From Microthyrium microscopicum (taxonomy: Eukaryota), in the NCBI GenBank assembly GCA_010405405.1, contig MU004233.1:499067-563066 (forward strand): a stretch of 64,000 bases of DNA. The letters are read 5' to 3'. Position numbers and translations under genes: made by a program. The notes below the pieces were generated by a model. It was not told the origin of the DNA, did no database searches, and was given only the letters and a program-made list of their open reading frames with translations. The stretch's first letter is position 1. Each line of letters starts with the position of its first letter. This document shows positions 12,849 to 23,813 of this stretch, one piece after another.

Positions 12849-14700
12849 TTACTCCATCCATCTTGGCCTCGGCGTCGCTCCACCATCCATCTCAACTCGG
12901 TCCAGCGGCAGCGCATACGCAGCATACCGATCACTGGCAGCACTCATCTCCGAACTATGCGCCTGACCATATGCCTGACCATACGTCTGCTGCGCCTGCT
13001 GCTGATGCACACCCGCCGGGTACCTCCCTCCAGGCATCGGCGCTGACCCACTCCACTCCTGGGAATCCGCCTCCACCGGCGCCACATACTCCTTCCCTGG
13101 CAACTCCGTATATCTACTGACGCCCAGCGCACTCGCCGGGAACTGCGCACTCGTTGGCATCGACTTCATATTATCCGGCCGCTGCGGTATAGGACGCACA
13201 TAAGACTGTGGTTTATACGCAGTCTCATCATCCACATATGCCGGCTGTTCGCCCACAACACCAAGTTTCGGGCTCGTCCACGCAGAGCTACCAGGTTGTA
13301 CCTGCGTCAGCGTCGACCCCATTGACTGCCGATGAGGATTCGCATAAAATGGATTTCCCTGCTGCGTCGTCCCGGTCCCCTGCGTCCAAGCACTAACCTG
13401 ACTTTGGGTCTGGCTCATCATCCGTTCCCTCCGATCCTTCCTGCGCCAAAGCGTACACCAAGCCAACAGAATGAGGGCAATCAGTGCACCGAGACCTGCG
13501 CCGACGCCGATGCCGATCTTGGCGCCGAGGCTTAGACTGCTGGTCTTGTGGGTGACTTCGACGCCGTTTTTTAGGGGTAGGAGGAGTGCGAAGATTTGGT
13601 TGGTGATTACGTTTACGCAGACGGATGCTGAGGCGGCTGTTGCGGTGGCGGCGATTATGGCGGAGAGGGATGATATTTGGGAGGATATTTCAGCTGGAAC
13701 GGGCAGAGATGTGGATAGGATTGTGTAGCAGGGGGTTTGGTTGAGGAGTCGTTGGTTGTAGAGAGAGAAACCGCTGGAGCATTTGTCAGTGGTACGGATG
13801 GTGGGAATGGGAGAGGGTGGACTTACACGGGGCAGCAGTTTGAGGCGGTGGAGGTGTAGTCTGCTGGACAGAGGGTGAGAGGGGCGGCATTGAGTGCTGA
13901 TACTAATTCAGAGTTTGCTTGACTTAGAGGTATGATGCTGGCGGTGATTGTTGGTGTGGAGCCGCTTGCGGTCAAGGGTGGACAGCATTCTGGGTTGGCT
14001 TGTCCGCAGCCTACAACTGGGAATAGGGTGTATGATCCATCGGCTAGTGGGAAAGCAGTGTACTGTGGAATTGCACATGTTGCTGTGAGAAGAGCTTGTC
14101 CGGAATAGGTTGATGATGCTACTTGAGCTATGGGATTTGGAACAGATGCTTGTGGTGAGGCGAAAAGTGACATGGTTGGCACGACGATCTCAGTTGATAT
14201 TGCTAGAGATGCTATTTTGCTCGGTGTTGTTACGGGAGTTGAAGTGGACGATGATCCAGAAACAACAGAGCTTACTGCATTCGGGGTTGAAATACCGGAA
14301 GCATTGAGGCCTGTGGCACTAGTTCCTCTTGAGATCGCTCCAGAAGCAGAGTTCGCTACTCCTGGACTAGATCCAGCCGCTATCGTCGAACTGGATGCAG
14401 CGTCGCTTGCAGAGATAGAGCTCACTGCTGACGCTGTCCCAGCCGTCGTAGTCTGCAGCGTTGTTATAGTTATGCCCGCGGCTGTCGTAGATATCACCGT
14501 ATTTATGTTGGTGAATGGAGTAGTTGTTATTTGAGCGACAGTTGTAGGCGCTGCTTTGGTTGTAGCGGTGGTCAGAGCAACGCTTGCTAAAGTCACAATC
14601 AGATTGTTTCAAGGAGGACAGATTATTCGAATCATACCTTGACGTTTCTTCAACTCCAGCCGTTCATCCCCAGGGAGGTTCGGACAGGACTCTTCTAGAA
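12849..14700 (-). CDS. Ser/Thr-rich, Cys-containing single-pass membrane protein (cell-surface sensor-like); 5' end uncertain
   Basis: Ser/Thr/Ala-rich ectodomain, Cys cluster (GCGQANPECCP, CPADY...CCP), TM segment LSLGAKIGIGVGAGLGALIALILLAW followed by RRK, and a cytoplasmic tail. Introns near 13775-13827 and 14587-14637. The upstream exon ends LKKRQ, but I found no in-frame ATG. Confidence 0.65.
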
Positions 14701-15989
14701 GACGCAGAGCGAGTTCATAGTCCGATCCTGCTCTGGTAGAGCTTTGTGAATGTGTGCAATAGGAGGAAAGATTGTAGATGTAGCGATCGACCTGAGAATC
14801 ATAAGAGTAAGAATGGGTAGGATTATCGTTACTTCATACTACGTCCTGGTTGCCACAGATCTTTCGAATGTCATGGGAACAATAACTTCTCCTTCGTTTG
14901 ATGGGCTTCTGATATGCTTCGTGAAGTGCTAAAACCTATTGCAAAAGCGTTAGGCTGAGTCTGTGTGAATATTGCCTGGATCTACTTACACCACAGACTG
15001 GTAATGTGTGAGCGATATCCTTTTCTGAACTAGAGATTAACGACTTGAAGAATCTCAGAGTATGATCAACCATTTGATACATCGTGACCTTTCGGGCCTT
15101 TTGTTGAAGAAGATAGAACCTCAAAAACGGAAGTAGTCAGAATAGGCAACGAGCAACATGGTAACCCGGGCCGGCAGATGGGCCTTTTGAACGATAAGAG
15201 GAAATCAATCATAGCAGAGAAAGCAAAACAATGCCAATACTCTGCACAGTAGGCGCTTTAGAGCTTGCATGCCCAGAAAGCTGGGCGAAAGTCATACCAC
15301 ACTCTACGGCGCCTTTGGATTCGAGACTCAGCCTCGAAGGTTCAGCTGCTGCATACTGGAGGCAACTTCATTGGATACGGCATATTGGTGCATTCCCCAA
15401 ACGTAAAACACTTTTAGAAGCACAATTGCTGAGACAAGTGCGAACTACAGACATGAGGTTTCTTCACCGGGAAGTTCCGGCTCTTGCTGCAGTGCTGTAA
15501 TCTGAGGATGCCATCATTGTCGAGAGCATGATCAATAGCCTTTGATGAGCATGAAACTCTTCTTACGATTCATTAGCGAAGGGAGATGGTGTTGGTTAAC
15601 AAGTGAAGTTAGAGTTCGGAACATTTGCAAGACACCACGGCGCAGATCCGGAGTCGTTTCCGAGGCAGCCCTGGAGGTCTCCACGAAGTTTGATTGTGGC
15701 TGAGCGGTTTACGATCGCCAAAAATAGATCATGAAGTGCTACAAAAAGAACCATAACCTTTGAAGCACGAGGTCATCGCTGTACGCTGCAAGAAATACTT
15801 GGAGACGTAATTGTGATTCGCTAGGTAGACTTTTTGTTGCTGTGAACATGAAAACTGGAACAGCACTTTATCCTTGCTTTTGGTTCAGCCTTATGGAGGT
15901 TGCCTGTGAAGCTGAAATGACATGACCTCAAAATTGAAAACCTCATCCATTCGAGTTATTACCTCGGGATATGCTCCCTTTGTACAAGG

Positions 15990-16067
15990 GTTAAGAAACT
16001 AAAGGTTAAGAAACTAAATGTTAAGAAACTAAATGTTAAGAAACTAAATGTTAAGAAACTAAAGGTT
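15990..16067. repeat. 15-bp minisatellite GTTAAGAAACTAAA(G/T), 5 copies
   Basis: Directly visible tandem array, units starting at 15990, 16005, 16020, 16035 and 16050. Confidence 0.95.
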
Positions 16068-16461
16068 GACGTTTATGCAATAGCATTGACGTGTGGTTCA
16101 TGTGGTGGCGAATAGAGTACACCTTTTGGTGAAGGAGCCGATCCACTGCTCGTTGTTGACCATCCAGAGATTGATCTTAAATCGTGATAGAGTAGGTAGC
16201 AATAGGTACTAACAGGTAGTACGATCAAGCAGGTGCAAAAAAGGAAGAACAATACATGTAACAAAGGGAGTAAAGAGTGGTACCCATGGAAATTACAAGG
16301 CGAGGCCCCGCGGTTCCGACTTCGGCCGATCGCGTCTTCATCTTCACCAAAAATCTGAGGGCCAGGTTTGTCACATGAAATTGATTAAAAAAAATCCAAT
16401 TCTAGGAATTCGTTCTTAGGACCACCTACCAAACAAATTCAGACAGAACTTCCATATCGAA

Positions 16462-18531
16462 ATGGCAACTGATACACGCAAAATTGGTATGTAGCCCTTC
16501 AGTGACGCGAGAATAAATCTAACTTTTTCTAGCCATTCTGTCAGTCTATGACAAAACTGGTTTGCTTGATCTTGCTAATGGCTTGCTCAAATCAAATGTC
16601 CGGTAAGATAGTTCTAAAATTCTGACGGCATCCTTCTTATCTTTCCAGGTTACTCGCTTCAGGAGGTACTGCGCGTATGATACGGGATGCTGGCCTTGAG
16701 GTCGAGGATGTCTCCAGCATCACCAAGGCTCCTGAGATGCTTGGTGGTCGAGTCAAAACGCTCCATCCAGCTGTTCATGTACGAGTTGAACATTTGCAGA
16801 AGTGGTCGAATTACTAATATCAAATGTAGGGAGGAATTTTGGCACGAAACATAGAGTCCGACGAGAAAGATCTTGCGGAGCAAGGCATTAGTAAAGTCGA
16901 TTATGTCGTGTGCAATCTCTATCCATTCAAAGAGACTGTTGCGAAAACCAATGTTACCATTCCAGAAGCAGTGGAGGAGATTGATATTGGTACTTGGAAA
17001 TCATGAAAATCATGCATCTTAAACTGACTTGTTCAGGTGGCGTTACACTTCTCAGAGCCGCGGCCAAAAATCACTCAAGAGTGACCATTCTCAGCGACCC
17101 AAATGACTACCCAAGTTTCTTGAAAGAAATAGAAGGTGGACAAGTATCAGAGCAATCGCGCCAACTATATGCCTTGAAAGCATTCACTCACACAGCCGAC
17201 TACGATAGTGCGATATCAGATTATTTCCGAAAGACATGGTCAAGTGAGCAGCAAATACCCCTGAGATATGGTGCAAACCCACATCAAAAACCAGCAGCAG
17301 CATACGTCAAGGAAGGAAAGCTACCATTCAAGGCCCTCGCAGGACAACCTGGATACATCAATCTTCTTGACGCATTAAACGCATGGGCTTTAGTAAAGGA
17401 ACTTGACGAAGCTACTGGACTTGCCGCTGCTGCTAGCTTCAAGCATGTCTCCCCAGCTGGAGCTGCAATTGGTGTTCCTCTCTCTGAATCCGAAGCCAAG
17501 GTTTATATGGTACACGACATCGCAGGCATCGACGAATCACAACTGGTATGTGTATTTCAAATATTTGGCATTCATGCTGACAGTTCCAGGCACAAGCATA
17601 CGCAAGAGCTCGTGGAGCCGATCGCATGTCGAGTTTCGGTGACCTGATTGCTCTTTCACGAAAAGTTGATGTCCCCACAGCGAAGATCATCTCAAGAGAA
17701 GTTTCCGACGGTGTAGTCGCTCCCGATTATGAGCCCGAAGCATTCGAGATCCTCAAGAAAAAGAAGGGCGGCAAATACCTGGTCCTCCAATTCGATAAAT
17801 CATTCGTCCCACCAGCACAAGAGACAAGGATGGTGTACGGCGTCTATCTCCAACAAGGACGGAACGACGTACAGATCAAAGCCGACGAAACATTTTCCAA
17901 TGTGTTAGTTCCCAAAGGCGCCGACAAACTCCCCGAATCAGCTCGACGAGATCTCACAGTCGCCACTATCGCTCTCAAGTACACACAGTCCAATTCAGTA
18001 TGCTATGCACTAAACGGCCAAGTTATTGGTCTCGGCGCAGGCCAACAATCACGTATCCACTGCACCCGTCTAGCCGGTGACAAGGCCGATAACTGGTGGA
18101 TGCGATTTCACGAGCGCACACTCGCCCTACAATTCAAGCAAGGCACCAAACGCGCCGACAAGAGGTATTTTACTCCCGCCCCATGAAATTTCTGATACTA
18201 ACAGATCTCTAGCAATGCCATCGACATGCTCTGCAGCAACCAAGTTCCCGCTAGCGGCGTCGAGCGCGAAGATTTTGAAAAGAATTTTGAAGCAGTCCCC
18301 ACTCTCTTCACGCCTGAGGAGCGCAGTTCGTGGCTCTCCAAGCTGAGTGATGTAGCAGTCAGCAGCGATGCATTCTTCCCGTTCAGCGATAATGTGTATC
18401 GACTGGGTCGCAGTGGAGTCAAATATGCGGCAGCACCCACGGGCAGTGTGAATGATGGTGCGGTGTTTGAGGCGGCGGGGAAGCTGGGGATAACGTTTGT
18501 AGAGCAGCCGATTCGTTTGTTCCATCATTAA
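16462..18531 (+). CDS. ADE17: Bifunctional AICAR transformylase / IMP cyclohydrolase (PurH, Ade16/17)
   Basis: [98 protein letters not shown] and a terminal RLFHH. Several short introns. Confidence 0.96.
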
Positions 18532-19119
18532 AAGGATTGGAGGGTGGTCTGAGGAAGCATGGGAGTGGATAAAAGAGGCAGTTGCAAAGATGTACTGTAG
18601 TTCAACCATGTATGAAACGATAACGGCATACATTAAAATGCTGGAAATAGTATAAAGATGACTACTATTGCATTGAATCTCGATTGGTACTACGAAAGTT
18701 ATCCACTGGCGCGACCGTGGATAATGAATACAATCGTGTCGATATACTATCCCAAGACCTATTTCTCCTCCCAGGTGCGGAGATTACCATAACTGGTAGG
18801 AACAAGCCTAAGCTAGATCTCATACAGGCAGCTAAATTATTTTAGGTTCGACTAAAGTTATACCGGTATGTTCGTAATCCATCCGCTAGCCATCGACGAT
18901 GGAGGCTTAATAGTGAAAGTCAACATTAGCTTGTGGGTTTTGGTTTGGATGCCAAACTTGAGGGTAGTCGGTCGCGAAGATAGTATGAAGAGAAGTATTT
19001 CATATATAAATCATGAATTCATTAGATGTATCTAACATTATTTTCCAATTTCCCATTTCACTGCCACTCGCATCCTCAAGATGGCGGCATTTTTCATATC
19101 ATCATGCTCATGTAATCAT

Positions 19120-19926
19120 CTAGACATCAGTGCCAGCAGTGTCCAAGATCCCGCCAACTGGTGCAGCAAGAGTTGGCAGTCCAAGGGCTGTGACGAGGCC
19201 GGCAACATCAGGGCTCAAGTCGTTGAGAAGTTGACGTTTCTTCAAGTCAGTTCCAGCAGTGTCGAGAATTCCGCCGACTGGTGCGGCAATTGATGCTAGA
19301 CCAAGAGTTGTTACGAGGCCGGCGACGTCGGGGCTGAGATCGTTGAGGAGTTGACGCTTCTTGAGGTCACTGCCGAGTGTGGTGACAACACCGCCGACAC
19401 TTGGTGATAGCGTGCCGAGACCGAGACCAGCGAGCAGACCGGCAACGTCGGGGCTGAGATCGTTGAGAAGTTGGCGTTTCTTAAGGTCACTGCCGAGTGT
19501 AGTGACAACACCGCCGACGCTTGGTGATAGCGTGCCGAGTCCGAGGCTAGCAAGCAGGCCAGCAACGTCTGGGCTAAGATCATTGAGCAGCTGTCGCTTT
19601 TTTAGGTCGCTGCCGAGTGTAGTTACGACGCCGCCTACTGATGGTGATAGCGTGCCAAGTCCAAGACCTGCTAGAAGGCCGGCGACATCAGGGCTCAAGT
19701 CGTTGAGGAGTTGGCGTTTCTTGACGTCGTTGCCGAGGGTGGTTACAATGCCGCCTACGGAAGGTGATAGCGTGCCGAGTCCAAGACCTGCGAGAAGGCC
19801 TGCAACATCTGGGCTGAGGTCGGTGAGGAGTTGGCGTTTGTTGTTCTCTGGTTGAGGGTTTGCTACTGGAGCAGCGATGGCAGCTGTGGCCAATGAGGCG
19901 ATTGTGATTGATTTGATGAAATGCAT
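19120..19926 (-). CDS. Secreted Kex2-processed repeat protein (KEP): signal/pro region plus six ~40-aa hydrophobic repeats
   Basis: Signal-peptide-like MHFIKSITIASLATAAIAAP and pro-segment ending NNKR, then six units of consensus QLLNDLSPDVAGLLAGLGLGTLSPSVGGVVTTLGSDL separated by KKR (31+5x40+37=268 aa). The 120-nt DNA repeats differ largely at synonymous positions in this frame. Confidence 0.9.
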   Translation of the reverse strand: MHFIKSITIASLATAAIAAPVANPQPENNKRQLLTDLSPDVAGLLAGLGLGTLSPSVGGIVTTLGNDVKKRQLLNDLSPDVAGLLAGLGLGTLSPSVGGVVTTLGSDLKKRQLLNDLSPDVAGLLASLGLGTLSPSVGGVVTTLGSDLKKRQLLNDLSPDVAGLLAGLGLGTLSPSVGGVVTTLGSDLKKRQLLNDLSPDVAGLVTTLGLASIAAPVGGILDTAGTDLKKRQLLNDLSPDVAGLVTALGLPTLAAPVGGILDTAGTDV

Positions 19927-22900
19927 TGTGAAGTAGGGAATATGATAGTAGATGTAAGAGGTCTTGGGGTAGAAGAGATATGGAAGATCTTATTGGAGTA
20001 GATGATGGAGTTGGAAGTATTGGTTGTTGATGAGATTGGTATTTCGAGCAGTTTGGGTCGTCTTATATACACCTGCTTGATGCTTTCTCGACGTGACAGC
20101 ACATGTTCTTCATTCTTGGACAGAATAGAACCATCGTCATCTTCGGATACACCGTTCTTGAGATCGACAATGTAACTGTTGAGTTGTGGATGTTGAAGCA
20201 CGATCGACAGCAGCGATTTTGACAGCTTCCTTGCCTCAGCTGAAGCCATTCACAGTTGGTTGTTTCTTAGCCTTGACACATGCAACGTTGAGACCTTGGA
20301 CTCTGCATCTCTGGTCATTTTGCTGGTTCAGTGTGAAGATCGTTCTTAACTTTCATGGATGATTGGAGTCTTGGAGATGTGGTAGCTGAAGATCGGCATG
20401 TGTTTGGCCCGACCTGTAGGCAACACTGATGGATATCACGGCATAGAAGTCTCGGAGGTCGGATAATTTCTTTGAATCCTGAATCTGATGATGGGACCTA
20501 CTGTGCAATTACGTCAAAATGCTTTGGGAGAAGGTCAAGTATAGTCGCATGGCCTTTTTGACGGCTGGCTGGTGTGAGACCATCGGAGGAGAATGTGGTG
20601 GATGGCACGCTGGCTAGGAAGTCATTATACTCAGATATCCAATGTAGTGGTTGTAGTAGGACTACAGGCAGTCGAACGAACGCATGTCCCTGCTTGGTAC
20701 AACGGTAAGGCTCTACCTATACTAACGACTAGCTCGTTGAGATCTCCGGCTTGCGGTACGGTAGCCAGATGCGGGCGGGATCGACGAACGCTCCCATCCA
20801 CCGAGCTTGTGAGAATATCGTGACACCAGCGAAGCAGTAAGCGTGGGTGATGAATATGTCCGTCTTGACACTGCACGTAAAGCAACCGAGGTCGTCTTCA
20901 ACAGACTGAAGTTTCTAGATCTTGGTGGGATTCGAAGTCGTCGAACACTCGCAACGCATTCGTAGATGTTGAATTCGAGGCTCATCACTCGAGTACAAAA
21001 TCATCAGTGGGGGAAGAAAGAGAACCAGGGACATGGCTCAGGCCCGGAAAGGGTCCGCGATTATGTTCAATCGGAAATACCTCCGATATGGTTGCACCAC
21101 GATCTTGAAGATCTCCAAGATCTGCGCTTGCGCCAAAGCATACCAAGATTTAACGCGCTTTCTTCCAGTTAGACCCTGCGATTTCAACGACGGCTCCTTG
21201 ACGGTGCACTTCCATCTCGGTTGCCCATACTGCATAAGACCTTCGCTTAGTGACTGAATGTATTGGGCCACTCTGCATGTACTTCAATGGATCTAAGACA
21301 ACCACGATCCTGGTTCCCCAGCTCCTTTGGAACTGCCGTTGACTAAGACGACGAAAAACATCGTCATATTTGGCAGTTTTGGTTCCTTCCAAGAAACTTG
21401 ACCGTCGGTGTGGGACAGAGCCGCATATCCGACAGGCGGATGGCTGGCTCAAAGTGGAACCACTAGACGAGTATCCATGCTCCCTGTCTAACTTCAACCC
21501 AACTCTTGCCAACTGACTACCGTAGACACATGCGAGGATTACATTCGAAGGTGATCTGAACGAATGATAATCTGGATCAAGAGAAAGGAACACACTCCAT
21601 CAAGTCAGTGTTTCACATATTCTACGGGATTAGGAGTATTCAGGAAGCTCATGTCGTTGAAATCAGAAGATTCCAATGCTAGTATCAAAAACCTGCAGCA
21701 TAAAAAACGCCCGAGTTTGAGAAGCGAAAAAAAACTTGCGCCCTAGCGCACGCTCCGTTTCGCGGTCTACAAAAAAGAGGAGGGTGGAGTGTCCAGAAAG
21801 TGGCAGGTGTAAAATGGCGCCATGCAGGCGTGCTCAGATCTTCCCTGTGGACGAAGCTTGGAACTTGCAAGATACCTTCAAAGATCGAAACTCATGACTT
21901 GCTTCGATTCGGGACTTGGCTGGGAATCGTGAGTTCATCGAAGCGAGTTATCTTCGTGCAATTGGCTGGGAAGGACTTTGGCGATCCCAATGTGACATGG
22001 TGTGGAGGACTTGGAACTTTGGAAGTATGTTGCATCGTGATCTAGGAGCGTAGTGTAAGTCAACGAAAAAGATAATACCTTTTAAGTCATTGTAAAGACC
22101 GAGAGCGGAAGATGATCAGAGTCCTCAGTCCTATCATAACTGCAGGGTAAGAGACCTTATCTGTTCAAAAGCTATGTCGGCGAGTTTCGCAAGAAGCAGC
22201 CCAATCTTGATTTTTGATAGAACCTGACAACTTGTTTCGGAAACTGACTTTTGATGAGCTATTGGAAGGCAATATACAACCAAAGATAGCCAGTCCACTG
22301 TTTCCTCGTGAATAACTTCAAAGTGAAGTTCCACGTTGTCGGGAAACTTCATTTCTTCCTTGTCTTGGTCACTGCCTTCTGAATTGTACCTGAGCTCGTA
22401 CAGACGCACCTTCATCAAAACCTTAAAAAGAGTGTGTGACTAGAATGGTCTTCAGGAAGCCAATCTAAGCTTCCTGTCAAGGGACCAAAACTGGCTTGCC
22501 TGATTCTACCCGTCAAGTGCAGAGTTGCTGGAAGCACTTCTTTGCAAGCAAAGTCTTATACTCCGAGCCAGACATGGACGAAATCCTATTGATAGAGGGA
22601 ATACCATGATTTAGCCAAGCGAGGGAGTGTATATTCGGAAAATCTATCTCACATATTGCAACCGGTTGACAAAATAAATGGCGTGCTCCCATCAACTCCG
22701 GTGTCTCCCATCGCGCACTAGGAAGAGAATATGCTTCAACCCCCAGCGCAATCGATAGAGAATCAACGGTTCTACGCAATTACAGGGTAATAAAGTACTC
22801 GGTCAAGAAGCGTAGCAGATGGTAGCCACTACACTTGATGGGAGCGCGCCATTCGTTCTGTCGGCTAGTTGATATTGGTTTTGCCACATAATGCTGTGAT

Positions 22901-23813
22901 CCTTTGCCAGAAAGGTGCACTCAGCATCAGATACTGCAGCTGCAGGCCTTCGGGACTACTCTACGTATGTAACATAAAAATTTACTGGGGATCGTCGTGA
23001 AGTCTACAAAAAAGAGCTCAAAAACAACGAGTTTAGACTGTTATGTGACCAGAACAAACCATTAGAGACTAGCCTTCGTAGTATAGATAGAGAGTCCTGC
23101 AGTAGTATACAGTAAAATTTGAATTACAATTAGTATCTGCTTTCTTGTTAGATTCGGAATGCAGGCATCGAACCTGTAGGCTGTAATATCCTTTTGAATA
23201 TACAAATACAACGCTTGATGCAAAATTTCGATTGAAAGTGACAGAAAATGATAGTCGGCATACCTTAGTATGAAGAATAGTATGATATATGAAGAGAGCA
23301 AGCAGAGGACATTCTGTGGTTTGTATACAGTAATATCAGTGATATGAAAAAGTTCAATATCAAGACAGCTTGGGTAGCTCTTTTGATTAGAGCGTTGCAC
23401 TTCCAGTATTGAGCTTTTTCTGGGGTCTCACAGCTACATTTTTTCACTGTAGAGGCATTGGCTTCCAAAGTTGTGCTGGCCTCGATAATTTTTGGACTGA
23501 CATCACTGACAATCAAATCTGGGACTGGAGTTGTTGTTGAAAATGTGAAGCTCAAAATGTGGTGTAAGCATCCCTGGTCGGCGCTAGCTACAAATCAGGG
23601 ATAGCGGGAGCTAACCCCTGCTCACGCCACCATAGATTCCTGAGCTTCATCAAATCGTTGACCTATCTTTCTCAAAATCTAAGGCCAAATGTGAGGAACC
23701 ATCGCCCTCCCGCCTCATATCTCTCCCATTGGTGTCGCGTGTGTATTCTTTCGTCATGAACCAATGCTGTGCTGTGCTATTTCCGAGGTGTCTGAACCGA
23801 AGAGCTTGTTCCA

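Noticed and set aside
19311..19855. Antisense and alternate-frame repetitive ORFs over the KEP gene
   Set aside because: Shadows of the 120-nt repeat; only the 19120-19926 frame has a signal peptide and synonymous-type variation.
23062..23555. Short minus-strand ORFs upstream of the FUSC gene
   Set aside because: Non-ATG starts, no recognisable motifs, and partly AT-rich low-information sequence.
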